A DNA stretch of 64,000 bases from an uncultured Gemmatimonadales bacterium (GTDB lineage: Bacteria; Gemmatimonadota; Gemmatimonadetes; Gemmatimonadales; GWC2-71-9), in assembly GCA_963825065.1 (NCBI GenBank), contig CAWGRU010000017.1, positions 23,458 to 87,457 on the forward strand, in the 5' to 3' direction. Numbering within the stretch: the first letter of the stretch is position 1; every line of letters begins with the position of its first letter. The position numbers and the translations under genes were made by a program. The notes beneath the pieces were generated by a model. The model did no database searches. It worked only from the letters and a program-made list of their open reading frames with translations, and was not told the DNA's origin. Shown here piece after piece: positions 8,847 to 17,673 of the stretch.

Positions 8847-10142
8847 TCACTGCAGATCCGGCGGCAGTCGCGGCGACGCGAGCAGCGCCGCGAACGCCCG
8901 CCAGCGGGCCGCGGTCGAGTCCCCCGCCTCGCGCTGGACCCAGTCGGCGACCAGGTCGCGGCCGAGATTGTAGTTGATCACGTAGCTCCGGTAGGTGTTG
9001 ATGAAGCGGAGCGTCTTTGCGGCGGCTTCCGGCGTGACCAGCCAGTAGCGCTGCATCGCCGCCTGCGCGCCGGCGGAGTCGAGTTCGCCACCGAGGTAGC
9101 GGCGCGCCACCTCATTCCGCGCATAGTTGAGCCGCTCCACCACTTCCCGCACCGCCGAATTGCGCTCCGCCAGCGCGGGGTCGAGGCCCGCGAGCGGAAA
9201 GAGCGAGTCGCGCTCGAAGGCGGTGCGCTCGGCCGATGGAAATGCCATGTCGATCCCGAAGTTCGCGCTCCCCTCGGCGATCAGCGACTGCGGACTGAAC
9301 AGCGGATACACCGAGAATTCGACCCAGCCCCGGTCCCGCACCAGCGCCTGCTCCAGACTCGCGTTGTAGACGTGGTGTCCCGGGTATCCCTCGTGGCAGG
9401 CGAGGTCGATCGCCCGGTCCACCGGGATCGGGAAGTCGAGGTTCACCTGGATGAGGCTGTGGGCATCCCCCTTATACCAGTTGTAGGCGCTCCATGGGGT
9501 ACCGGTCACGTACTCCAGATCGAAGCGCTCACCCGCGGGCAGGCTCATGTGCGCCAGGGTGCGGGCCCGGCAGGCCGCGATGGCCACCTTGAAGACGGTG
9601 TCCACCCGCGCCTTGGGAATCAGCACCAGGTTGTGGAATCGCTGCGAGCGCTCGGCCAGCGGCCCCGGCCCGGGAAGCAGGGAGTCCAGTCGCGCGAGGA
9701 GCGAGTCGAAGTGTGCGTCGCTGAAATGCGGTGGGTCGGCGTCGTACAGAGCGCGGGCCTCCTCGTCGAAGCTGAGCCGCTCCCCACTCAGCATCCGGGC
9801 CCGCGCGGCCACCGAGGCGAGCTGTCGCTGGAGGTACCGGTGCCGGAAGCGAACCATCGTGTCGGCGTAGACCGGCACCGAGTCGCCCAGCACCGCCAGC
9901 AGCGATTCCGCCGCGCTCCGGATCTGGTCCACGCTGAGCGCCGCGCGCTCGGCAGCGGCTTTCAGGGAGTCGGGTCCGTAGAAGGCATCCACGTAGTTGG
10001 CATCGTGCTTTCCCATGCCCAGGGCGAGCTCGACGTAGCGCAGGGCCACGGGATTGAGCCGCGCGGGATCCGCGGGCCGATCGGCCCGCTCGCATCCCCC
10101 CAACATGGCGACGACCAGCAGGAGTGCCGCAGACGATCGCAC
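8847..10142 (-). CDS. DUF885-like putative metallopeptidase lipoprotein
   Basis: Starts at GTG 10142, preceded by GAGGAGG. It has a lipoprotein-like N-terminus (VRSSAALLLVVAMLGGC). The HEGYPGHH motif followed by AEGSANFG resembles the DUF885 HE..PGHH / EG.A motifs. The longer track ORF (to 10559) would overlap the qor-like gene and reads as Arg-rich junk. Confidence 0.6.
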   Translation of the reverse strand: MRSSAALLLVVAMLGGCERADRPADPARLNPVALRYVELALGMGKHDANYVDAFYGPDSLKAAAERAALSVDQIRSAAESLLAVLGDSVPVYADTMVRFRHRYLQRQLASVAARARMLSGERLSFDEEARALYDADPPHFSDAHFDSLLARLDSLLPGPGPLAERSQRFHNLVLIPKARVDTVFKVAIAACRARTLAHMSLPAGERFDLEYVTGTPWSAYNWYKGDAHSLIQVNLDFPIPVDRAIDLACHEGYPGHHVYNASLEQALVRDRGWVEFSVYPLFSPQSLIAEGSANFGIDMAFPSAERTAFERDSLFPLAGLDPALAERNSAVREVVERLNYARNEVARRYLGGELDSAGAQAAMQRYWLVTPEAAAKTLRFINTYRSYVINYNLGRDLVADWVQREAGDSTAARWRAFAALLASPRLPPDLQ

Positions 10143-10185
10143 CAGTACCTCCTCTTCGGGTGAGCCAGAGTGACGCCGCCAGGGA

Positions 10186-11187
10186 TCAGCCGTCCGTACG
10201 CACCCGGAGCAGCACCTTCCCCATGGTCTGCCTTCCTTCGAGCGCGCGATGCGCCGCCCGCGTCTCCGCCAGCGCAAACTCGGCACCCACCCGTACGGTG
10301 AGTTGGCCCGCCGAGATCCAGGCGAAGAGATCGCCGGTGCGCGCCAGCAGCTCCTCGCGCGTCGCGGTGTAGTGGCCGATCGTGGGGCGGGTGAAGTAGA
10401 GCGAGCCCTTCTGGCTGAAGAGCTGCGGCTCGACCGGCGGCACCGCCCCGCTCGACTGGCCGTAGAGAACCATCGTTCCCCGCGGCGCCAGCACCTCGAG
10501 CCCCGGCAGGAAGGTGGTCTTCCCCACCGAGTCGTAGACGACCTGCACTCCCCGTCCACCGGTGATCCGCTTGACCGCGGCGGCGAAATCCTCCCGAGTG
10601 TAGACGATCACCTCGTCCGCACCGGCTGAGCGGGCGAGTGCCGCCTTCTCCTCCGAACCCACCGTGGCGATGACGACGGCCCCGCGCCGCTTCGCGATCT
10701 GGGTGAGCAGCAGGCCGGTGCCACCGGCGGCGGCGTGCACCAGCGCCCGATCCCCCGGCTTGAGCGGGAAGGTGGAGGTTGCGAGGTAATGGGCGGTGAT
10801 CCCCTGCAGCATCACCGCGGCCCCCAGTGAGGCGCTCACCCCTGCTGGCAGCGGGACCAGCTTCGCGGCCGGCACCACAGCGTACTCGGCGTAGGCACCC
10901 AGAGAGCTGGCCCACGCCACGCGATCCCCGGGACGGAACTGGGTAACCCCGCCGCCGACGGTGGCCACCGTCCCGGCCCCTTCTTCACCCAGAGTGGCGG
11001 GGAGCTGCACCGCGTAGCGGCCCTCCCGCTTGTAGATGTCGACATAGTTCAGGCCGGCCGCGTCGATCCGCACCAGCGCCTCGCTGGCGCCGGGCGCCGG
11101 GACCGGCACCTGCTCCACCTGAAGCGCATCGGCTCCACCGTGCTGATGCAGGCGCACGGCCTGCATGGTCTCCGGGATGCTGTGCAT
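10186..11187 (-). CDS. NADPH:quinone oxidoreductase (zeta-crystallin / MDR family)
   Basis: Contains MQAVRLHQHGG..., a GroES-like N-domain, and the Rossmann motif VHAAAGGTGLLLTQIAK. ATG 11187 is preceded by GAGGGG. GTG 11202 and ATG 11166 are alternative starts. Confidence 0.85.
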   Translation of the reverse strand: MHSIPETMQAVRLHQHGGADALQVEQVPVPAPGASEALVRIDAAGLNYVDIYKREGRYAVQLPATLGEEGAGTVATVGGGVTQFRPGDRVAWASSLGAYAEYAVVPAAKLVPLPAGVSASLGAAVMLQGITAHYLATSTFPLKPGDRALVHAAAGGTGLLLTQIAKRRGAVVIATVGSEEKAALARSAGADEVIVYTREDFAAAVKRITGGRGVQVVYDSVGKTTFLPGLEVLAPRGTMVLYGQSSGAVPPVEPQLFSQKGSLYFTRPTIGHYTATREELLARTGDLFAWISAGQLTVRVGAEFALAETRAAHRALEGRQTMGKVLLRVRTDG

Positions 11188-11238
11188 ACAGGTACCCCTC
11201 ACGATTCGAATGATAGGCCGGCGGGACCGGCGGTCTGG

Positions 11239-11823
11239 TCAGTCGCGCTTCTCTGCACAGCGGCGGCGGAACTCGGCGGCCTTGGCCTTGTTGCCGCAGG
11301 CGGACATCGAGCACCAGCGGCGATCGCCCTTGCGAGAGGCGTCGAGGAAGAGGATAGCGCACTGTTCGCCGGCGCATTGCCGGATGCGGGCGGCGGGCTC
11401 GCCGCCGAGCAACTCCACACCGAGCCGGGCGATCAGGGCGAGCAGCGGACCGGCCTCGCCTTCCACCCGGACCGTGCGGTCGGGCAGGAGCTGCGGCGCT
11501 GCGGCCACGGTGGCGGCGATGCGGTTGAGCTCCATTCGGTCGGAAGCGGGTAGCGGCCCGCGGCGACCGCTGGCCATCGCAAGGCGATAGAGCGATTCAC
11601 GCAGGGTGCGGGCCCGCTGCAGCTCCGCCCGCGAGACGTCGGGGCGACGGGAGGCCAGCCCTGCGGCCACCAGCCAGCGGCCGAGATCGGCGGGCTCCGC
11701 GAGCAGCTCGGTCTGGCTGTCCCGGAGCCGGCCTGCCAGGGTCGCCGTCAGGTCGAGGGCCAGGTGCCCGGAGCGGAACTTGAAGCCGTCCCGGACTTCG
11801 TCTACGGGCGCATCTCCGGGCAT
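11239..11823 (-). CDS. CGNR zinc-finger protein (ABATE + zf-CGNR, putative stress-induced regulator)
   Basis: The C-terminus is CAGEQCAILFLDASRKGDRRWCSMSACGNKAKAAEFRRR (a zf-CGNR pattern). The N-terminal FKFRSGHLALDLTATLAGR resembles ABATE. GAGGAGG lies 6-7 nt before ATG 11823. Confidence 0.85.
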   Translation of the reverse strand: MPGDAPVDEVRDGFKFRSGHLALDLTATLAGRLRDSQTELLAEPADLGRWLVAAGLASRRPDVSRAELQRARTLRESLYRLAMASGRRGPLPASDRMELNRIAATVAAAPQLLPDRTVRVEGEAGPLLALIARLGVELLGGEPAARIRQCAGEQCAILFLDASRKGDRRWCSMSACGNKAKAAEFRRRCAEKRD

Positions 11824-11844
11824 GCCGACCTCCTCGCGGAACGC

Positions 11845-11908
11845 GTAACCCGATTGACAGGTTATCCCATGGGACCTAGGTTGGAGGATAACCAGTTCAG
11901 CAGGTTAC
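11845..11908. promoter_or_regulatory. pair of 6-N9-6 palindromic sites forming a 64-bp super-palindrome, overlapping a TTGACA-17-TAGGTT promoter-like element
   Basis: GTAACC-N9-GGTTATCC (11845-11867) and GGATAACC-N9-GGTTAC (11886-11908) have arms that are exact reverse complements of each other. TTGACA lies at 11854-11859 and TAGGTT at 11877-11882 with a 17-nt spacer. Confidence 0.5.
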
Positions 11909-11934
11909 CACAACAGACCTCGAGGCCGCCCGCC

Positions 11935-12486
11935 ATGTCCCTCGCTGCATCCCGCCGTTCCCATGCCGTCCTGTTCCTCCTCGCCGTTGCGGCGGGGCCG
12001 GGGTCGCTGGTCGCGCAGGCACCGGCCGCCGTGCCTGCTCTGCCGCACCCGCTGACCGGCACCTGGACCCTCGAGGCGGCGGACGACATTCGCCCCGACG
12101 GGGTCCGGGTCCCGGCGTACGGCCGCGCACCGCGCGGCCTGCTCATCGTGGATGCGGAGGGGCGCTACTCGCTGCAGATCTTCCGCAGCGACCGCCCACG
12201 GTTCGCGTCCGGGGACAAGCGTCGCGGCACCGTCGAGGAGTACCAGGCGGCGGTGCTGGGGATGAGCTCGCATGTCGGTGAGATCGCGGTGGATTCCTCG
12301 GCCGGCGTCCTCACCTTTCGCATCGCGCTCGCCTCCTACCCCAACTGGGAGGGCACCGAGCAGCGGCGGAGCTATGAGCTGGTGGGCGACCTGCTCACTT
12401 ACCGGCTGCCCGTGCAGGCGGGGAGCAGCGGCAACATCCCGCTCTCGTCGTGGCGGCGGGTGGCCGCCGGCTATCGGTCGCTCTGA
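11935..12486 (+). CDS. secreted lipocalin-like domain protein
   Basis: Starts at ATG 11935 (MSLAASRRSHAVLFLLAVAAGPGSLVAQAP, a signal peptide). The mature part begins LTGTWTLEAADDIRPDG, resembling Lipocalin_5-type domains. Confidence 0.6.
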   Translation: MSLAASRRSHAVLFLLAVAAGPGSLVAQAPAAVPALPHPLTGTWTLEAADDIRPDGVRVPAYGRAPRGLLIVDAEGRYSLQIFRSDRPRFASGDKRRGTVEEYQAAVLGMSSHVGEIAVDSSAGVLTFRIALASYPNWEGTEQRRSYELVGDLLTYRLPVQAGSSGNIPLSSWRRVAAGYRSL

Positions 12487-12795
12487 CCGTGGGTCCCCCC
12501 GTCGCAGGATGCATGGGACCCAGCCGATTCCGGTGCGGGCATGCCGGAGTCGAGGGGGGCGCCGGGGAACCCCCGGCGAATCGGTCCCCAGCTCCATCAC
12601 GTTGTCCCAAGCCGACTTATGCCGCCGATCCGGGGTCCTTCGGGGCCCCGGCTGGTCGATTCGGTCCATCCCTTCCCTGCCGCATCGCTGTGGCATGGGT
12701 CTTCCCCCTCGGGACCACTACTTGAAAGGCCTCCCGCCCGGGGACGATCATCCCTCGCTGCCGGGAGGATCTCCGACCGGGCAGGGGGGTCGCGC

Positions 12796-14502
12796 GTGAG
12801 TTCCTGGGAGCGCATCGCGTCGAGAAGTCTGCAGCGGCTCCGGCTCGATCGAGTCCGGAGCAAGATCGTGGCGTTCTCAGTCCTCGCCACGCTCATCCCC
12901 TCGGTCACCACGGTCTGGCTCGCCTATTCCCAGGGCAAGCGCGCCCTCACCCAGACGATCGCCACCGAGCTCGTCGGCGTGAGTTCCGCGGCCGCGAACG
13001 AGGTGGACCTCTGGCTCAAGGAACGGCTGTACGACCTGCGCATCTTCTCCAACTCCTATGAAGTCACCAACAATCTTCAGCGGCTGGCGGCCACAGGCGG
13101 ATCGACGGCGCGCGCGGGGACCGGCCGGCTGGCCGATTATCTCAACTCGGTGCGGGAGCTGACCACGGACTATCAGGAGCTGGCGGTCTTCGACGCCGGC
13201 GGGCGCCCGGTGGCCAGCAGTCCCGCTCAGTCGAAGATCCGGGCACTGCCCGAAGGCTGGGACGCCAGGCTCAAGGCGGGCGAACCGATCCTCGGCAAGC
13301 CGTCCTGGGACGCAACCCGCCACACGATGACCGTCGTGATCGCGGTACCGATTCAGCCGGCCGGCAGCCGGCCCGTCGGCGTCTTTGCCGGCCGGCTCGA
13401 TCTCCGGACGGCGGGGGTGGCACTGCAGCGGCTGCTCCGCGGACATCCGGGTACGGCCTACCTCATCAGCTTCACCGGCGAGCGGATCCTCAGCTCGAAA
13501 TCGGGAGACATGACGCCGCCGAGCGGCCGGCTGGACGGAAGCGCCGTCCGGTGGCTCAACACCGAATCGCACGACGTGGTCGAGTACAAGAACCCGGAAG
13601 GGCTGGCGGTGGTCGGGACCCTGCGCACTGTCGGGGGAACCAGCTGGGGCGTGCTCACCGAACTGACTCAGACGGAGGGATTCGGACTCGTCAACCGCTT
13701 CCGCAACATCACGGTGCTGGTCCTGACGGGGCTCTTCGCGGTCGTCGGCCTGCTGGCCTACCTGCTCGGCCTGATGCTGGTGCGGCCCCTCGACCGGCTG
13801 ACCCAGGGCGCCGAACGAGTCGCGGCGGGCGACTTCGACGTCGCCCTCCCGGTGGTGACTGGCGGCGAACTCGGCTATCTCACCACGGTCTTCAACGACA
13901 TGGTCGCAAAGCTCCGGAAGAGCATGCTCGAGGTGGACGCCTTCAACGAGCGGCTGCGCGAGAAGAACGTCCAGCTCGAGCGACTCTCCCTGACCGACCC
14001 GCTGACCGGGCTGTTCAACCGCCGCCAGCTCATGACGGTTCTCGAGGGCGAGCTGAAGCGGGCCGCCAGGAGCGGCCACACCTTCGCCATCCTGATGATG
14101 GACGTGGATCACTTCAAGACCTACAACGACGCCTTCGGCCACCAGGCGGGCGATGAGGCCCTGATCCGGGTCGCGCGGATCCTCCAGAGCACGCTGCGGG
14201 AGGTCGACTGCGCCGCACGGTACGGCGGCGAGGAGTTCGTGGTCCTGCTGCCCGAGACCGAAACGGAGCGCGCAGTGGAGGTGGCGGAGCGGATCTGCAC
14301 AGCGGTGCGAAGCGAGGCGTTCCAGGGCGAGCCGGTGACCCTGAGCATCGGGGTGGCGAGCTACCCCGCCCAGGGGATGAGCCTCGAATCGCTGATCTCG
14401 AGCGCCGATGGCGCGCTGTACCACGCCAAGCGCGAGGGGCGCGATCGCGTGGTCCGCGCCGACTGGTCCCGGAGCAGCCCGCCCGCCGCCGCAATCCGTT
14501 GA
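12796..14502 (+). CDS. diguanylate cyclase with periplasmic Cache-like sensor, HAMP and GGDEF domains
   Basis: I chose GTG 12796 as the start (TM helix IVAFSVLATLIPSVTTVWLAY follows soon after). There is a second TM plus HAMP (RPLDRLTQGAERVAAGDF). The GGDEF active site is RYGGEEF, with an RxxD I-site (REVD) five residues upstream. Confidence 0.85.
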   Translation: MSSWERIASRSLQRLRLDRVRSKIVAFSVLATLIPSVTTVWLAYSQGKRALTQTIATELVGVSSAAANEVDLWLKERLYDLRIFSNSYEVTNNLQRLAATGGSTARAGTGRLADYLNSVRELTTDYQELAVFDAGGRPVASSPAQSKIRALPEGWDARLKAGEPILGKPSWDATRHTMTVVIAVPIQPAGSRPVGVFAGRLDLRTAGVALQRLLRGHPGTAYLISFTGERILSSKSGDMTPPSGRLDGSAVRWLNTESHDVVEYKNPEGLAVVGTLRTVGGTSWGVLTELTQTEGFGLVNRFRNITVLVLTGLFAVVGLLAYLLGLMLVRPLDRLTQGAERVAAGDFDVALPVVTGGELGYLTTVFNDMVAKLRKSMLEVDAFNERLREKNVQLERLSLTDPLTGLFNRRQLMTVLEGELKRAARSGHTFAILMMDVDHFKTYNDAFGHQAGDEALIRVARILQSTLREVDCAARYGGEEFVVLLPETETERAVEVAERICTAVRSEAFQGEPVTLSIGVASYPAQGMSLESLISSADGALYHAKREGRDRVVRADWSRSSPPAAAIR

Positions 14503-14524
14503 GGATCGCCGGTCGGCCCCGGCC

Positions 14525-15262
14525 CTACGGCCGGGAGAGCAGCTCCTTCGAGATCCAGCCGACGCGCCCCGTCTCTTCCGCCACCCTGACCCACTGATCG
14601 GCGTAGGAGTAGCCGGTCAGCGCGGTCCCCGCTTTCACCGTGAACAGCACCTTGAAATTCGTACCAGGCCCCTCGCGCACGCTGGCGCGGCGCGCCGCCT
14701 TGAACGGCACCGGCGAGGCGAAGGTCTTCTCGCCGGAACGGGGCGGCAGATCGCTGACGGCGGCGCGTCGATCCGGCGCGACCAGCGCCTTGGCCTGATC
14801 GGTGATGTAGATGGCGCCGGCGTAGTTGCCTTCGTTGAACGCCGCGGTGCCTTGCTGCAGCAGCTTCCTGGCCTGGGCGAGGTCGGCACTCGAGGCCCCG
14901 CGCGGAGACTGGATGGCGAGTTCCGCCTCCGCGATCCCCGACGCCGCCGCCGCGCGGGAGGCGGTGCCTTTGGAGCGGCCGAGTGTCCGCACGACTTCCA
15001 GACGGGCAGCGTCCAGCCGCGACTCGAGCTCCTCGATCCGGGCATCCGCCTCGGCCAGCCGAAGCTCCATCTGACTCAGCTTCCGCTGCGTCTCCGGGTC
15101 CTTCACCATCACCGTATCGACAACGGTCCGGATGATCGGTGCGGGGGGCGACGCGACCTCGGCGACGGGTTCAGGGGCGGGCGCGGGGGCGGGAGCGGGC
15201 TTGGGATGGCCGCACCCCAGGGCGAGCAGCAGTATCGGAATTGGGGAGCAGGAACGTGGCAC
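14525..15262 (-). CDS. secreted/lipoprotein with coiled-coil region and C-terminal bacterial SH3 domain
   Basis: The candidate start is GTG 15262 (VPRSCSPIPILLLALGC); the track start at 15364 is also possible. It has a PAPAPAPAPEP linker. The C-terminus ASVREGPGTNFKVLFTVKAGTALTGYSYADQWVRV...GWI is SH3b-like. Confidence 0.65.
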   Translation of the reverse strand: MPRSCSPIPILLLALGCGHPKPAPAPAPAPEPVAEVASPPAPIIRTVVDTVMVKDPETQRKLSQMELRLAEADARIEELESRLDAARLEVVRTLGRSKGTASRAAAASGIAEAELAIQSPRGASSADLAQARKLLQQGTAAFNEGNYAGAIYITDQAKALVAPDRRAAVSDLPPRSGEKTFASPVPFKAARRASVREGPGTNFKVLFTVKAGTALTGYSYADQWVRVAEETGRVGWISKELLSRP

Positions 15263-15388
15263 CGATGGCCCTCCCGGGGCTGGGGTTCGATCGTCCCCTC
15301 CGGAGGGCGGGCACCGAACCGGGGACTCAACGAAGAAGCTGGCAGCGCCGCCCGGGAGAAGCAACCACGCGCTGCGGCGCGCTGATGC

Positions 15389-17548
15389 TCAGCCGGGAGG
15401 CGCCCCGGAATCGCGGGCAGGCGAAGCGCGGTAGACCATCGCCAGATATTCGTCCAGCATTCTCGCGGAACAGAAGCGCGGCCCGATGGTCCGAAGCGAG
15501 TGCTTGATCCGATGCACCCAGCCGCGGGGAACGCCGAGGTCGTCCCGGTCGTAGAACAGCGGCACGACCTCCTGCTCCAGCAGGTCATAGAGCGTTTCGG
15601 CGTCGCGCGCATCCTGCGCCGCGGGATCGTCGCTCACCTCACCGCCGATCCCCCAGCCGTTGCTCCCGTCGTAGGCCTCCTCCCACCAGCCGTCGCGCAC
15701 ACTCAGGTTCAGACCGCCATTCAGCGCTGACTTCATCCCGCTGGTGCCGCTCGCCTCCAGCGGGGGCCGGGGCAGATTCACCCACACATCGCAGCCGCGC
15801 ACCAGCTCCAGCGCCATCGCGAGGTCGTGATCCTCGAGAAAGCAGACCCGCCGGCCTACGACCGGCGCGCTGCGCATCGGGAAGAGCTGCTGCTGCACGA
15901 CCCGTTTGGCCTCCTCGTCCTGAGGGTGCGCCTTCCCCGCGATCAGCATCTGGATGGGCCGTTCCCCCTGCAGCAGCCGGAGCGCGCGTCCCCGGTCGAA
16001 GGTGAGCAGGTAGAGCCGTTTGTAGGTCGCCAGGCGGCGCGCGAATCCCACCGTGAGCACGGCCGGGTCAAAGGTCTCCGCCGCGGCCTCCGCATACTCG
16101 ATCGAGTCGCCGCGGGAGAGCCGGTCGGCGGTGCTGCGCTCGCGGGAGTACTGCACCAGCTCCCGCCGCAGCCCCTCCCGCACCGCCCAGAGTTCCGCAT
16201 CAGGGATCTCCTCCACCCGGTCCCAGGACGAGGGCTCGGCAGCGCGCGCTTCCCAGCCGGCGCCGAGGTGACGCTCGAGCAGGGTCCGCATGGCGGGAGC
16301 CATCCAGCTCGGCAGATGGACACCGTTGGTCACATGACCGATCGGCACCGCGTCGACCCCCCGGTCGGGGTAGAGTGCGTGCCACGTCTCGCGCGCGACC
16401 TTCCCGTGCCGGCGGCTCACTCCGTTGGCCGACCGGCTCAGCCGGAGCGCCATCGGGGTCACCCCGAATTCGCCGCTGTCGACCGGCCGGGGTCTCCCGA
16501 GGGCGAGGACCGCGGCCGGATCGACGCCCAGAGTGGGAAGGAATCCCTCGAGGGCCCGGTTTACCTCGGCGAGGGTGTAGACGTCGTTGCCGGACGCGAC
16601 GGGAGTGTGCGTCGTGAACACACACTGGTCGCGCGCCCGCGCCAGCGCCACGTCCCACGAGGCGCCCCCCACTCTCGCCTCCCGCGCCAGCTCGAGCGCG
16701 GCGATGATGGAGTGCCCCTCGTTCAGGTGCAGCACCCCTGGACTCACACCCATCGCACGGAGGGCGCGGAGTCCGCCGATACCCAGCACGAGATACTGGG
16801 CGAGGCGAAGTCGCCGGTCGCCCACGTAGAGCCGGGCCGTGATCCAGCGGTCGATCCGTCCGTTGTCGGGGTGATCGGTGTCGAGGAGATAGAGCGGGAC
16901 CCGTCCCACATTCACGCGCCAGAGGACGGCCAGGACCCGCCGATTCTCGATCGGCACTTCGACCGTGAGCGCACTGCCATCGGGTCCGGTGACCCGGACG
17001 CAGGGAAGGGTCTCGCCGTTGACTTCAATCCAGTATTCGTGCTGCCAGCCCGAGGGGTCGAGTCGCTGGTGGAAGTAGCCCTGACGATACAGCAGCCCCA
17101 GTGCGACGAGGGGTGTCGCGCTGTCGGAGGCCTGCTTGAGGTAGTCGCCTGCGAGCGCGCCGAGTCCGCCGGAGTAGATCGGGAGGGAGCGATGCACCGC
17201 ATACTCGGCGGAGAAGTAGGCGATCGGCCGGTCGGGGGGCGGTCCCCGATCGGACCAGGGCCGCCCCAGGTCGGCCTCGATCTCGCGGGCCACCTGCCCG
17301 GCCAGCCGGATGAGTTCGGGATCCCCGGCCGCGCGCTCGATGGTGGCCACCGCCTCCCGCAACAGGAGCACCGGGTTCTGGCCCGAGCGTTCCCATGCGC
17401 CACTCCCGAGCCGGCGAAACAGGTCGGCGCCCGCGAGGGACCAGCTCCAGCGATAGTTGTAGGCGACCTCAGCCAGCGGCGCGAGGGCGGTCGGCAGCCG
17501 CGCCCGCAGGGCGCCCACGGCGCGGGCGATGTCCTTGCTGCCATCCAT
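15389..17548 (-). CDS. glgP: alpha-glucan (glycogen/maltodextrin) phosphorylase, GT35
   Basis: ATG 17548 is preceded by GGGGAG. It is a roughly 719-aa protein with the PLP-lysine region EASGTSGMKSALNGGLNLSVRDGWW and DRWITARLYVGD-type motifs of the alpha-glucan phosphorylase family. Confidence 0.9.
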   Translation of the reverse strand: MDGSKDIARAVGALRARLPTALAPLAEVAYNYRWSWSLAGADLFRRLGSGAWERSGQNPVLLLREAVATIERAAGDPELIRLAGQVAREIEADLGRPWSDRGPPPDRPIAYFSAEYAVHRSLPIYSGGLGALAGDYLKQASDSATPLVALGLLYRQGYFHQRLDPSGWQHEYWIEVNGETLPCVRVTGPDGSALTVEVPIENRRVLAVLWRVNVGRVPLYLLDTDHPDNGRIDRWITARLYVGDRRLRLAQYLVLGIGGLRALRAMGVSPGVLHLNEGHSIIAALELAREARVGGASWDVALARARDQCVFTTHTPVASGNDVYTLAEVNRALEGFLPTLGVDPAAVLALGRPRPVDSGEFGVTPMALRLSRSANGVSRRHGKVARETWHALYPDRGVDAVPIGHVTNGVHLPSWMAPAMRTLLERHLGAGWEARAAEPSSWDRVEEIPDAELWAVREGLRRELVQYSRERSTADRLSRGDSIEYAEAAAETFDPAVLTVGFARRLATYKRLYLLTFDRGRALRLLQGERPIQMLIAGKAHPQDEEAKRVVQQQLFPMRSAPVVGRRVCFLEDHDLAMALELVRGCDVWVNLPRPPLEASGTSGMKSALNGGLNLSVRDGWWEEAYDGSNGWGIGGEVSDDPAAQDARDAETLYDLLEQEVVPLFYDRDDLGVPRGWVHRIKHSLRTIGPRFCSARMLDEYLAMVYRASPARDSGAPPG

Positions 17549-17673
17549 GTCGGCTCCCCGCTGCGAGTGGAAAGGAGATTGGGGCCGGGATGCTGAAGAA
17601 AGGTGGAAGGCGGCCTGAACCTCACCGGTCCTGAATCGGCAACTCGCTGGCCTCTCTTGGGGAGGGGGTTCCC

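Noticed and set aside
8847-10559. Full 570-aa version of the DUF885-like ORF; the same applies to the long N-terminal extensions of 21283-22770, 42049-43536, 42306-44234, 46094-47194 and 47229-48197
   Set aside because: The extensions overlap neighbouring real genes or intergenic DNA and are Arg/Pro-rich. Internal starts with SD sequences and signal or lipoprotein peptides give much more plausible proteins.
12877-14424. 515-aa minus-strand ORF opposite the GGDEF cyclase gene
   Set aside because: It is a shadow ORF. The plus-strand frame carries clear Cache/HAMP/GGDEF motifs, and the minus-strand translation is low-complexity Arg/Gly/Pro/Asp-rich.
15827-17596. 589-aa plus-strand ORF opposite the alpha-glucan phosphorylase gene
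   Set aside because: It is a shadow ORF. The phosphorylase frame has the PLP-Lys motif and full-length family resemblance.
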